DNA of 32,000 nucleotides from Candidatus Nanoarchaeia archaeon (lineage in GTDB: Archaea > Nanobdellota > Nanobdellia > Woesearchaeales > JANQNC01): the NCBI GenBank assembly GCA_028279745.1, contig JANQNC010000001.1:720001-752000 (forward strand), in the 5' to 3' direction. Made by a program: the position numbers and the translations under genes. Shown in pieces: positions 1 through 8,073 of the stretch; position 1 is the first letter of the stretch, and every line of letters begins with the position of its first letter. Below the pieces are notes generated by a model. The model searched no databases and was not told the origin of the DNA. It saw only the letters and a program-made list of their open reading frames with translations.

Positions 1-311
1 TAGCCGTGTCACAAGTACTAAGCGCAATATCAGTAGCACACCTAAAATCAGGAAGCATCGGCATCCAAGTAAAAATCATGCCGCCAGACCTAGTGCTACC
101 AGACAAAATTACAATCAAAACCTCAATGGACGAAGAAGTAAAAGAAGAGGAGCCAAAGAAAAAAGCTAAGAAGAAAACAAAAAAGAAAGCGACAAAGAAA
201 AAAGCAGTGAAGAAAGAGAAAAAGGAAGACAAAAAAGAAGAAGCGAAAGAGGAAGCAAAAGAAGCTCCTGAAGAAAAGAAAGAAGAGGCTCCAAAAGAGG
301 ATAAAGAATGA
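1..311 (+). CDS. rps3: 30S ribosomal protein uS3, C-terminal part. The 5' end lies outside the window and the codon phase starts at nt 3. It has a ~60 aa Lys/Glu-rich C-terminal tail.
   Basis: The translation SQVLSAISVAHLKSGSIGIQVKIMPPDLVLPDKITIK matches the conserved uS3 C-terminal domain. The frame is open to the window edge. The position immediately upstream of L29 is the conserved operon order. Its stop overlaps the L29 start (ATGA at 308-311). Confidence 0.85.
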   Translation, partial: AVSQVLSAISVAHLKSGSIGIQVKIMPPDLVLPDKITIKTSMDEEVKEEEPKKKAKKKTKKKATKKKAVKKEKKEDKKEEAKEEAKEAPEEKKEEAPKEDKE

Positions 312-493
312 AAGGAAAAGAGTTCGCTAAAATGACCGCAGAAGAACTAGAGAAAAGACTAGACGAACTAAAAAAAGAAGTAATAAAACAAAATGCTCAA
401 AGATCCTCAGGAACAAACCTAAAAAATCCTGGGCAACTTAAAACAGTCAGAAAAAACATTGCAAGAATACTGACTATACAAAACAAAAAATGA
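308..493 (+). CDS. rpl29: 50S ribosomal protein uL29
   Basis: A 61 aa protein with the typical uL29 pattern ([13 protein letters not shown]...[17 protein letters not shown]). It sits in the S3-L29 order and has ATGA overlaps at both ends. Confidence 0.9.
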   Translation: MKGKEFAKMTAEELEKRLDELKKEVIKQNAQRSSGTNLKNPGQLKTVRKNIARILTIQNKK

Positions 494-801
494 GTGAAGT
501 ATGCACTAAGTGCGGATTACCAAAAGAACTTTGCGTTTGTGAAACAATCGCAAAGGAGAGCCAAACAATAACTGTAAGCATAGAAAAACGGAAGTTTGGC
601 AAGAAGTACACCATTGTCGAGGGAATTGACGACGGACAGATCAACCTGAAAGAGCTGACAAAAAACCTGAAAAACAAGTTTGCCTGCGGAGGTACACTTA
701 ACGGGAAAGTGATTGAGCTTCAGGGCGACCATAAACAAAAGGTAAAAGAAACCTTGATGGAACTTGGATTCGGTCCGGAAACAATCGAAGTCAAACAATA
801 G
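490..801 (+). CDS. sui1: Translation initiation factor aSUI1 (eIF1 homolog)
   Basis: It has the N-terminal Cys cluster [11 protein letters not shown], then [25 protein letters not shown] and [20 protein letters not shown], which are classic SUI1-family motifs. Confidence 0.9.
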   Translation: MSEVCTKCGLPKELCVCETIAKESQTITVSIEKRKFGKKYTIVEGIDDGQINLKELTKNLKNKFACGGTLNGKVIELQGDHKQKVKETLMELGFGPETIEVKQ

Positions 802-805
802 ACAA

Positions 806-1072
806 ATGCACCTGAAAAACATAGTAAGGGCAGAGCTCATAGGAAAAACCGTAAAGGTACATGACGCAAAGAACCCCTCAATAAAAGACATGGAAGGAAA
901 AATCGTTGACGAAACGAAACACACACTCAAAATACAAACAAAAAACGGAACAAAAACAATCATGAAAAATCAAGTCGTGCTCGACATAAAGCATGACAAA
1001 CACACAATAAGGATACAAGGCGAAAAAATAACAGGAAGAAGCGAAGAAAGAATCAAAAAAAAGGTTAAGTGA
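806..1072 (+). CDS. rnp1: RNase P protein component 1 (Rpp29/Pop4 family)
   Basis: The protein contains LIGKTVKVHDAKNPSIKDMEGKIVDETKHTLKIQTKNG..IRIQGEKITGRSEERIKK, an Rpp29 Sm-like fold pattern. The position between SUI1 and S17 is conserved in archaea. I chose the ATG at 806, just after the SUI1 stop at 799-801, over the TTG at 764 used by the ORF track. Confidence 0.8.
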   Translation: MHLKNIVRAELIGKTVKVHDAKNPSIKDMEGKIVDETKHTLKIQTKNGTKTIMKNQVVLDIKHDKHTIRIQGEKITGRSEERIKKKVK

Positions 1073-1078
1073 AATAAA

Positions 1079-1420
1079 ATGGCAACAGAAGCAAAAAACA
1101 TCGGAATTGAAGTAAACAAACCAAAAGAAAACTGTGGAGACAAAAACTGTCCTTTCTGCGGTAGCGTAAAAATAAGAGGAAAGATCTTCGTAGGTAGAGT
1201 TATATCCGATAAAATGAACAAAACAGCAACAATCGAATGGGAAAGAAAACATTACATCCCAAAATATGAAAGATACGAAAAAAGAAGAACAAGAGTAAAA
1301 GCACACAATCCAAACTGCATCAAAGCAAAAACAAACGACATAGTAAAAATAGGTGAATGCAGACCACTAAGTAAGACAAAACGATTCATAATACTAGAAA
1401 AACAAACACAAGAGGAATAA
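1079..1420 (+). CDS. rps17: 30S ribosomal protein uS17
   Basis: Motifs CPFCGSVKIRGKIFVGRVISDKMNKTATIEWER and VKIGECRPLSKTKRF, plus operon position. Confidence 0.9.
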   Translation: MATEAKNIGIEVNKPKENCGDKNCPFCGSVKIRGKIFVGRVISDKMNKTATIEWERKHYIPKYERYEKRRTRVKAHNPNCIKAKTNDIVKIGECRPLSKTKRFIILEKQTQEE

Positions 1421-1421
1421 A

Positions 1422-1823
1422 ATGAAAGCAGTAGACTCCAACATAGTAAAATCATTACCAACAGGATGTTTGGTATCAACTTGTGATAACTCTGGAGCTA
1501 AAATGTTGAAAGTGTTTTCAGTTAAAGGCCACAACACAGTAAAAGGAAAATCACCTGCAGCAGGAGTTGGAGATATGGTGATGGCATCAGTAGTAAAAGG
1601 AAGACCTGATGTAAGAAAAACCGTTGTAATGGCGGTAATTGTAAGACAAAAGAAAGAATACAAAAGAAGTGATGGAACAAGAGTCAAATTCGAAGATAAC
1701 GCAGCAGTTGTACTAAAAGATGAAAAAGGAAACCCAAAAGGAACCTTATTCAAAGGAGCAATAGCAAAAGAGGCAACTGAGAAATGGCCAGGAATCGCAA
1801 AGCTGGCGAGGATAGTGGTATAA
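1422..1823 (+). CDS. rpl14: 50S ribosomal protein uL14
   Basis: Motifs CDNSGAK, GDMVMASVVKG and FEDNAAVVL, with typical uL14 length and position. Confidence 0.95.
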   Translation: MKAVDSNIVKSLPTGCLVSTCDNSGAKMLKVFSVKGHNTVKGKSPAAGVGDMVMASVVKGRPDVRKTVVMAVIVRQKKEYKRSDGTRVKFEDNAAVVLKDEKGNPKGTLFKGAIAKEATEKWPGIAKLARIVV

Positions 1824-1824
1824 A

Positions 1825-2205
1825 ATGGCAGGAATATTTAGCACAAGCTGGAAAGCAAGCAAAGATCCAAGAAAACAGAAAAAATACAGATTCAATGCTC
1901 CAACACAGACAGCAGCAAAAATGATGTCATCAAGATTAGCAAAAGAGCTTAAAGAAAAGATAGGTAAAAGAGCCTTACCCGTAAGAACAGGAGATAAAGT
2001 AAAAATCGAAGTTGGAAACTTCAAAGGAAAAATGGGAAAGATAGAAAGCGTAGACAGAAAAAACATGAAAGTCTACATAGAAAAAGTAGAATCCACAAAA
2101 AAAGACGGATCAAAAATAAGAATCCCTGTAGATCCTTCAAACCTAACAATCCTAGAATTAAACATGGAAGATAAAAGAAGACTAAAACGAACGGAGAAAA
2201 AATAA
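1825..2205 (+). CDS. rpl24: 50S ribosomal protein uL24
   Basis: KOW motif VRTGDKVKIEVGNFKGKMGKIESVDRKNMKVYIE, plus operon position. Confidence 0.9.
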   Translation: MAGIFSTSWKASKDPRKQKKYRFNAPTQTAAKMMSSRLAKELKEKIGKRALPVRTGDKVKIEVGNFKGKMGKIESVDRKNMKVYIEKVESTKKDGSKIRIPVDPSNLTILELNMEDKRRLKRTEKK

Positions 2206-2206
2206 G

Positions 2207-2887
2207 ATGGTAAAACAACACCTAAAAAGAATAAACGCGCCAAGAGAATGGCCAATACCAAAGAAATCAACAGTATTTGTTCCAAGACCATTACCAGGAG
2301 CACATAACATTCATACAGGAATGCCATTAGTAATCATACTAAGAGACTTGTTACAACACGCAAAAACAAAAGTAGAAGTAAAAAAGATAATACAAACAAA
2401 AGAAGTTTTGGTGGACGGCAAAAAAGTAAAAGAAACAAGGCACATAACAGGACTTATGGACGTAATATCTTTACCAACAATCAAAGAAAGCTACAGAATA
2501 ATAATCGATAAAAAAGGAAAACTAGCAGTAATCAAAATAGACGAAAAAGAAGCAAACACAAAATTATGCAGAGTAAACACCAAAAAAATGGAAAAAGGAA
2601 AAATAAAACTAGGACTGCATGATGGAAGAAGCCTAATCACAGACAAAAAAGAAATTGCAACAGGAGACACACTTGTCTTGAATGTACCAAAACAAGAAAT
2701 CAAAGATGTCATAAAAACAGAAAAAGGAAATACCGCTTACCTGATCAAAGGAAGATACAAAGGAGAGATTGGAAAAATAGAAGAAGTAAGTGACAAGGTA
2801 CTAGTTAACATAAACGGAAAACAACTAACAGTAACTAAAAACTCAGTGTTCATAATCGGAAAAGATAAACCAGTAATAAACATGTAA
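2207..2887 (+). CDS. rps4e: 30S ribosomal protein eS4
   Basis: The N-terminus HLKRINAPREWPIPKK, then a KOW-like GRYKGEIGKIEEV. Its 226 aa length and position between L24 and L5 fit archaeal S4e. Confidence 0.9.
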   Translation: MVKQHLKRINAPREWPIPKKSTVFVPRPLPGAHNIHTGMPLVIILRDLLQHAKTKVEVKKIIQTKEVLVDGKKVKETRHITGLMDVISLPTIKESYRIIIDKKGKLAVIKIDEKEANTKLCRVNTKKMEKGKIKLGLHDGRSLITDKKEIATGDTLVLNVPKQEIKDVIKTEKGNTAYLIKGRYKGEIGKIEEVSDKVLVNINGKQLTVTKNSVFIIGKDKPVINM

Positions 2888-2889
2888 AA

Positions 2890-3423
2890 ATGGCAGACGA
2901 AAACGTAATGAGAACAATAAGACTGGAAAAAGCAACCGTGAACATCGGTGCTGGAAAAGAACAGTCAATGCTGGAAAAAGGAATCAAACTAATCAAAAGT
3001 CTAACAGGAAAAGAACCAGTAAAAACAATCACAAACAAAAGAATACCCACATGGGGACTAAGACCTGGAATACCTATCGGGTGTAAGTTAACACTAAGAG
3101 GAAAAGAAGCAGAAGATATACTAAAAAGAATGTTAAGCGCAAAATCAAACACACTAAGTGCAGCAAAATTCGACAACGAAGGAAACGTATCCTTTGGTGT
3201 GCCCGAATATATAGATATAGAAGGATCAAAATACGATCCAGAAGTGGGAATCATCGGGTTACAAATAAGCGCAACACTAACAAGACCTGGATTCAGACTA
3301 AAAAATAGAAAAGTAAAACCAAAAACAATACCTAAACAACACAGAATCACAAAAGAAGAAGCAATCAAATTCATGAAAGACAAATTCAACATAAAAATCG
3401 AAGAAGAGGAACAAGAAGAATGA
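2890..3423 (+). CDS. rpl5: 50S ribosomal protein uL5
   Basis: Motifs [16 protein letters not shown] and [24 protein letters not shown]. There is an ATGA overlap with S14 at 3420-3423. Confidence 0.95.
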   Translation: MADENVMRTIRLEKATVNIGAGKEQSMLEKGIKLIKSLTGKEPVKTITNKRIPTWGLRPGIPIGCKLTLRGKEAEDILKRMLSAKSNTLSAAKFDNEGNVSFGVPEYIDIEGSKYDPEVGIIGLQISATLTRPGFRLKNRKVKPKTIPKQHRITKEEAIKFMKDKFNIKIEEEEQEE

Positions 3424-3650
3424 CAACATCAGACTACACCAAACTATTCAAACAATTGAAAGCTAAACCAGTAAAACTAGCTAAATACAAAAAACACAAC
3501 AGTCCAAAGAAAAGAAAAACAGGAAAAAACACAAAACACTGTGAAAGGTGTGGAAGGACTGGAGCACACATAGACAAATATGGTCTTAATTTATGCAGAC
3601 AGTGCTTTAGAGAAACTGCAACAGAACTAGGATTCAAGAAATACAGGTGA
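3420..3650 (+). CDS. rps14: 30S ribosomal protein uS14, zinc-binding type, with a basic N-terminal extension
   Basis: The C-terminus [31 protein letters not shown] carries a CxxC...CxxC zinc knuckle, and the gene has the expected operon position. Confidence 0.85.
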   Translation: MTTSDYTKLFKQLKAKPVKLAKYKKHNSPKKRKTGKNTKHCERCGRTGAHIDKYGLNLCRQCFRETATELGFKKYR

Positions 3651-3656
3651 AAATAA

Positions 3657-4046
3657 ATGCTTAACGACCCACTATCAAACACACTATCAAAGGCGCAAAA
3701 CGCAGAAAAGATAGGAAAAACAGAGATAACTGTAAAGATATCATCGAAAACAATCAAAGAAACACTGAGAGTAATGAAAGAAAACCACTACATCGGAGAA
3801 TTCAAAGAAACAGAAACCGCAAAAGGGAACATACTAAAAATAAACCTAATAGGACAGATAAACAAATGTGGAACCATAAAACCAAGGTTCTCAGTGACAA
3901 AAGATAACTTCGTAAAATTCGAACAAAGATATCTACCTGCAAGAGGTTTCGGAATACTAATCATATCAACATCAAAAGGAATAATGACACACGAAGAAGC
4001 AAAAAAACAAAAGATAGGAGGAAGCTTGATTGCATACTGCTACTAG
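3657..4046 (+). CDS. rps8: 30S ribosomal protein uS8
   Basis: It begins DPLSNTLSKAQNAEKIGK and ends GILIISTSKGIMTHEEAKKQKIGGSLIAYCY, both typical of uS8. Confidence 0.9.
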   Translation: MLNDPLSNTLSKAQNAEKIGKTEITVKISSKTIKETLRVMKENHYIGEFKETETAKGNILKINLIGQINKCGTIKPRFSVTKDNFVKFEQRYLPARGFGILIISTSKGIMTHEEAKKQKIGGSLIAYCY

Positions 4047-4049
4047 AAA

Positions 4050-4595
4050 ATGTTAGGAGAAGAACTAGTTAAGGAAGTTGAACTTCAAGAAGGAATTCAG
4101 ACAGAGTTCACAGGTAAAGAACTAGTTATGAAAGGGAAAAAAGGAGAAGTAAAGAAAAACTTATTCGACCCAAGAGTCCAACTTAAAGTAGAAGGCAACA
4201 AAATCGTGTTGTCCGCAAAAAAACCATCAAAAAGAGAAAAAAGAATGATCAACACTTACGCAGCACACATAAAAAACATGATTCAAGGCGCAAATGAAGG
4301 TCATGTATACAAACTAAAAATATGTTCAGGGCACTTCCCAATGAATGTTGCTGTAAATGGGAATGAAATAAGCGTTAAAAACTACCTTGGAGAAAAGATT
4401 CCAAGAACAAAAAAGATCAAAGAAGGAGTTAGTGTAAAAGTAAACGGAACAGAAATCGTTGTAGAATCGACAAACCTGGAACTAGCAGGACACACAGCTT
4501 CAGACATAGAGCAAATGATGAGAATCACAGATAGAGACAGAAGGATATTCCAAGACGGAATATACATAATAGAAAAAAACGGAAAATCAATATAA
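4050..4595 (+). CDS. rpl6: 50S ribosomal protein uL6
   Basis: A 181 aa two-domain uL6-like sequence (YAAHIKNMIQGANEGHVYKLKICSGHFPMNV) in the position after S8. Confidence 0.9.
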   Translation: MLGEELVKEVELQEGIQTEFTGKELVMKGKKGEVKKNLFDPRVQLKVEGNKIVLSAKKPSKREKRMINTYAAHIKNMIQGANEGHVYKLKICSGHFPMNVAVNGNEISVKNYLGEKIPRTKKIKEGVSVKVNGTEIVVESTNLELAGHTASDIEQMMRITDRDRRIFQDGIYIIEKNGKSI

Positions 4596-4599
4596 TAAA

Positions 4600-5163
4600 A
4601 TGACTGAAACAACCGGAATCCAAAAAAGAAAAAAACCAAGTTTCATTAGACATGACGCCCACAAAAAACCAAGAGTGGGAACAAGGTGGAACAAGCCAAA
4701 AGGAAGACAAAACAAGATGCGGCTTAACAAAAAAGGTTACAGACGAGGAGTTAGCATAGGATTCGGAAGCGACAAAAGAATAAGAGACTTAGTAAAAGGA
4801 CTAATGCCTGTAAGAGTACACACAATCACAGAACTACTAGAGGTTAACAAAGAAAAAGAAGGCGCAGTAATAGCAAAAAACGTAGGACAAAAAAACAAAC
4901 TAGAACTAGTAAAAAAAGCAAAAGAATCAGGAATAAACGTACTTAACGTAAGAGACATTGACGCTTACATCACAAAAACAGAAGAACAGTTCAAAAAGAA
5001 AACAGAAAAGAAAAAAGAGACAGAAAAACAAAAAGAAGAGAAAAAGAAAGAACTGGAGAAAAAAGCAAAAGAAGCTGAAGAGAAAAAAGAAGAAAAAACA
5101 GAAGACGATAAAAAAGAAGAAGAAAAGAAAAAGAAACAAGAGATAATGAAGAAAGGACAATAA
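4600..5163 (+). CDS. rpl32e: 50S ribosomal protein eL32 with a ~65 aa Lys/Glu-rich C-terminal extension
   Basis: The core FIRHDAHKKPRVGTRWNKPKGRQNKMRLNKKGYRRGVSIGFGS is eL32. From about nt 4970 the tail is KKKTEKKKETEKQKEEKKKELEKKAKEAEEKKEE... Confidence 0.9.
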   Translation: MTETTGIQKRKKPSFIRHDAHKKPRVGTRWNKPKGRQNKMRLNKKGYRRGVSIGFGSDKRIRDLVKGLMPVRVHTITELLEVNKEKEGAVIAKNVGQKNKLELVKKAKESGINVLNVRDIDAYITKTEEQFKKKTEKKKETEKQKEEKKKELEKKAKEAEEKKEEKTEDDKKEEEKKKKQEIMKKGQ

Positions 5164-5164
5164 G

Positions 5165-5614
5165 ATGAGATTAACACTACAAAAAAGACTGGCAGCGCAA
5201 CTGCTTAAATGTTCACAAAAAAAGATCCAGATAGATGAAACAAGGCTTGAAGAAGCAAAAGAAGCAATAACAAAAAGAGACGTAAGAGGACTGATACAAG
5301 ACAAAGCAATAGTCAAAAAAGACACAAATGAACAATCAAAAGTAAGAGCAAGAAAAAAACAAGCACAAAAAAGAAAAGGAAAACAAAAAGGGGCAGGAAA
5401 AAGAAAAGGAACTGCAAACGCAAGATCAAACAAAAAAGACGAATGGAAAGCAAAAGTAAGATTACAAAGAGAACTAATCAAATCACTAAAAGTAAAAGAA
5501 AAAATGGACAATAAAACTTACAGAACACTATACAACAAAATAGGCGGGGGTTTCTTCAGAAGCAGAAGACACCTTAAACTATACATAACAGAAAGAGAGC
5601 TGGCTAAAAAATGA
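5165..5614 (+). CDS. rpl19e: 50S ribosomal protein eL19
   Basis: The N-terminus LTLQKRLAAQLLKCSQKKIQID and a basic middle region are typical of eL19. There is an ATGA overlap with L18. Confidence 0.9.
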   Translation: MRLTLQKRLAAQLLKCSQKKIQIDETRLEEAKEAITKRDVRGLIQDKAIVKKDTNEQSKVRARKKQAQKRKGKQKGAGKRKGTANARSNKKDEWKAKVRLQRELIKSLKVKEKMDNKTYRTLYNKIGGGFFRSRRHLKLYITERELAKK

Positions 5615-6189
5615 GAAAAAGAATAAACGTGCAATACAGACGGAAAAGAGAAGGTAAAACAAACTACCGAAAAAGATTAAAACTACTCTTATCAAGAAAA
5701 AACAGAGCAGTAGTAAGAAAATCTAACGGAAACGTATCAGCACAGATAGTGAGCTACGAAGAAAAAGGAGATAAAATAGTTGTAGCAGCAAGCTCAAGAA
5801 CACTAATCAAACAATACGGCTGGAAAGCAAACAGAAGCAATGTACCCGCAGCATACCTAACAGGATTACTATGCGGAAAAAAAGCAGTTAGTGCTGGAGT
5901 AAAAGAAGCAATACTAGACATGGGCTTCCAAACACCACACAACCAAGGGATCGTTTATGCAACACTAAAAGGACTTATCGATGGAGGACTAAGCATCCCA
6001 CACACAGAAGACATAGTACCAACCGAAGACGCAATCCAAGGCAAGAAAATTGAAGAGTACGCAAAAAAACTAAAAGAAGACAAAGAAAAATACGACAAAC
6101 AATTCTCATCATACATAAAAAACAACGTAAACCCAGAAGAAATATCAAAACATTTCACAGAAGTCAAAAACAAAATAATGAGTGAATAA
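5611..6189 (+). CDS. rpl18: 50S ribosomal protein uL18
   Basis: Motifs RRKREGKTNYRKRLKLL, LVVRKSN and NVPAAYLTGLLCGKKA, plus operon position. Confidence 0.9.
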   Translation: MRKRINVQYRRKREGKTNYRKRLKLLLSRKNRAVVRKSNGNVSAQIVSYEEKGDKIVVAASSRTLIKQYGWKANRSNVPAAYLTGLLCGKKAVSAGVKEAILDMGFQTPHNQGIVYATLKGLIDGGLSIPHTEDIVPTEDAIQGKKIEEYAKKLKEDKEKYDKQFSSYIKNNVNPEEISKHFTEVKNKIMSE

Positions 6190-6193
6190 AAAA

Positions 6194-7018
6194 ATGGCAG
6201 AAGAAGAAAAACACAAGGAAGAAGAAACCCCAAAAGAACCTATCGAAGAAGTCAAAGAAGAAAAAAAAAAGGAAGAAACCAAAACCTCAAAAGACGATAG
6301 AAGAAAAAAGAAAGAATTCGACATAGAAGGATGGCAACCAAAAACAGAACTAGGTAGAAAAGTAAAGAATGGGGAGATAAAATCAGTATCAACAATACTA
6401 GACAAAGGAATAAAAATACAAGAAGCAGAAATAATCGACGCATTAATACCTGACTTAGAAACAGACCTGCTACTAATAGGACAAGCAAAAGGTAAATTCG
6501 GCGGCGGACAAAGAAGAATATTCAAACAAACACAAAAGAAAACAAAAGAAGGAAACAAACCATCATTCGCAACATATGCAGTAGTAGGAAACAAAAACGG
6601 ATACGTAGGAGCAGGATACGGAAAAAGCAAAGAAACAGTACCTTCAAGAGAAAAATCACTAAGAAACGCTAAACTAGGAACAATCAAAATAACAAGAGGA
6701 TGCGGAAGCTGGGACTGTCAATGTGGAACATCACACTCAATACCATTCAAAGTAGAAGGACAAGAAGGCGGCTTCAAAATAACACTTATGCCAGCACCGA
6801 AAGGAACTGGATTAACAGTAGAGAAAGAGGCAGGCAAGATATTAGCAATGGCTGGAATAGAAGACGTATGGAGCAAGACAAAAGGAAAAACAAGAAACAA
6901 AATCAATGTTATAAAAGCAACAATAAAAGCACTAAAGAAAATAAACGAAACAAAAGTACAACAAAAATTCAATGACGTTTTAAGCATAAAAGAAGGAAAA
7001 ATAGGAGCGCAAGAATAA
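6194..7018 (+). CDS. rps5: 30S ribosomal protein uS5 with a ~45 aa Glu/Lys-rich N-terminal extension
   Basis: Core motifs are GQRRIFKQTQKKTKEGNKPSFATYAVVGNKNGYVGAGYGKSKE and VWSKTKGKTRNKINVIKATIKAL. I chose the ATG at 6194, after the L18 stop at 6187-6189, over the GTG at 6182. Confidence 0.9.
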   Translation: MAEEEKHKEEETPKEPIEEVKEEKKKEETKTSKDDRRKKKEFDIEGWQPKTELGRKVKNGEIKSVSTILDKGIKIQEAEIIDALIPDLETDLLLIGQAKGKFGGGQRRIFKQTQKKTKEGNKPSFATYAVVGNKNGYVGAGYGKSKETVPSREKSLRNAKLGTIKITRGCGSWDCQCGTSHSIPFKVEGQEGGFKITLMPAPKGTGLTVEKEAGKILAMAGIEDVWSKTKGKTRNKINVIKATIKALKKINETKVQQKFNDVLSIKEGKIGAQE

Positions 7019-7022
7019 TGAT

Positions 7023-7066
7023 GAAAATTAAAAATTTTCAGCATGCAAAAACCTTGGGGGTTTTTT
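7023..7066 (+). other. Stem-loops in the S5-L30 spacer
   Basis: GAAAAT (7023-7028) pairs with ATTTTC (7034-7039). AAAAACC (7047-7053) pairs with GGTTTTT (7059-7065) around the loop TTGGG, and one more T follows. Confidence 0.5.
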
Positions 7067-7069
7067 AAC

Positions 7070-7465
7070 ATGGCCGAAGAAGAAACAAAAAAAGAACCTG
7101 TACAAGCTAAAGAAAAAATAGCAGTTATAAGAATTAGAGGAGAGACAGGAATAAAAAAACCAATTAAGGATACTTTAACAATGCTAAACTTAGGAAGAAA
7201 AAATGTTTGCGCAATAGTGCCAAAAACAAAAGATTACCTCGGAATGTTGCACAAAGTAAAAGATTATGTTACTTATGGAGATGTTGATGAAGCAACAATA
7301 AAAGAACTACAAGAAAAAAGAGGAAAAGAAAACAGAAAAACATTCACACTAAACCCGCCAAGAGGTGGATTTGAAAGAAAAGGCACAAAAAAATCATACA
7401 CACAAAAAGGCGCACTAGGATACAGAGGCGAAAAAATAAAAGAACTAATCAAAAAGATGATTTGA
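7070..7465 (+). CDS. rpl30: 50S ribosomal protein uL30
   Basis: The sequence IAVIRIRGETGIKKPIKDTLTMLNLGRKNVCAIVPKTKDYLGMLHKVKDYVTYG is typical archaeal L30. I preferred the ATG at 7070 (MAEEE). The in-frame ATG at 7043 lies inside an intergenic hairpin and cannot be excluded. Confidence 0.85.
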   Translation: MAEEETKKEPVQAKEKIAVIRIRGETGIKKPIKDTLTMLNLGRKNVCAIVPKTKDYLGMLHKVKDYVTYGDVDEATIKELQEKRGKENRKTFTLNPPRGGFERKGTKKSYTQKGALGYRGEKIKELIKKMI

Positions 7466-7475
7466 GGATTATAAC

Positions 7476-8027
7476 ATGGTTGTAAACAAAAGAAGCAAAG
7501 GCAGCAGAGGACGAGGAAGCTGGACCCACGGATGGGGAGAAAAGAAAAAACACCGAGGAGCAGGAAGCCGAGGTGGAAAAGGAATGGCAGGCTCAGGTAA
7601 AAGAGGAGACTCCAAAAAACCAAGCGTATGGAAAGATAGAAAATACTTAAGCAAACAAGGATTCACATCAAAATCAAGAACGATACCTTCAAAAATAACA
7701 AACGTTGGTAAATTAGACCAAAAACTGAAAGTTCTAGCTGAATTAAAAGTAATAGAAGAGAAAAACGGAGTATATGAAGTGGACGCATCAAAAGTGGGCT
7801 TCACAAAAATACTAGGCGCAGGAAAAATAAACAGCAAAATAAATCTAACAATCGACACAGCTTCAAAAACAGCAATAGAAAAGATAGAAAAAGCGGGTGG
7901 AAAGGTAATCTTACCTTCACTAGATGAAGTAAAAAAAGAAGCTCCTGCTGAAAAGAAAGTTGAAGAAAAACCAGCTCAAGAACCCAAAGAAGAGGCAGAA
8001 GCTGAACCTGTTGCTGAAAAAGAATAA
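7476..8027 (+). CDS. rpl15: 50S ribosomal protein uL15 with an acidic/Lys-rich C-terminal tail
   Basis: The N-terminus GSRGRGSWTHGWGEKKKHRGAGSRGGKGMAGSGKR is the uL15 glycine/basic signature. The tail is EVKKEAPAEKKVEEKPAQEPKEEAEAEPVAEKE. Confidence 0.9.
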   Translation: MVVNKRSKGSRGRGSWTHGWGEKKKHRGAGSRGGKGMAGSGKRGDSKKPSVWKDRKYLSKQGFTSKSRTIPSKITNVGKLDQKLKVLAELKVIEEKNGVYEVDASKVGFTKILGAGKINSKINLTIDTASKTAIEKIEKAGGKVILPSLDEVKKEAPAEKKVEEKPAQEPKEEAEAEPVAEKE

Positions 8028-8029
8028 GC

Positions 8030-8037
8030 TTTAAAAA
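8030..8037 (+). promoter_or_regulatory. Candidate internal TATA box for secY
   Basis: TTTAAAAA lies ~40 nt upstream of the GTG at 8074, with GAGGGGG (8061-8067) between them. This is one of the few non-coding gaps in the operon. Confidence 0.35.
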
Positions 8038-8073
8038 CACTAATTCCTAAATATCAAAAAGAGGGGGTGCAAG

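Noticed and set aside
126-308. Reiterated A/G-rich DNA (also 4970-5160 and 10920-11186), which might be taken for a tandem repeat, satellite or CRISPR-like array.
   Set aside because: There is no fixed repeat unit and no repeat-spacer periodicity. The tracts are in frame within ribosomal protein genes and encode K/E(A) low-complexity tails. I saw no CRISPR array anywhere in the window.
764-805. Longer alternative starts proposed by the ORF track: TTG 764 (rnp1), GTG 6182 (rps5), ATG 7043 (rpl30), TTG 17108 (trmB), ATG 17314 (pta), ATG 20405 (PIN) and GTG 30304 (tyrS).
   Set aside because: Each would overlap the upstream gene or sit on or too close to the predicted TATA box. The downstream ATGs have SD motifs or abut the previous stop. 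The ATG at 7043 and the TTG at 17108 remain possible.
4927-5511. A 194 aa minus-strand ORF, the overlapping ORFs 4958-5146 (+) and 4965-5177 (-), and similar ORFs at 6145-6687 (-) and 6252-6488 (-).
   Set aside because: They lie across the polypurine tracts that encode the K/E-rich tails of eL32, eL19 and uS5. Their translations are F/L/S-rich or poly-K low complexity, with no start context. The plus-strand ribosomal-protein frames explain the sequence fully.
6194-6214. A shared MAEEE(K/T)K N-terminus in uS5 (6194), uL30 (7070) and the PRC-barrel protein (30140, minus), which suggested a repeated DNA element.
   Set aside because: The identical stretch is only ~15-18 nt (ATGGC(A/C)GAAGAAGAAA). 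This is consistent with A/G-rich codon bias and a preference for acidic N-termini, not a mobile or regulatory repeat.
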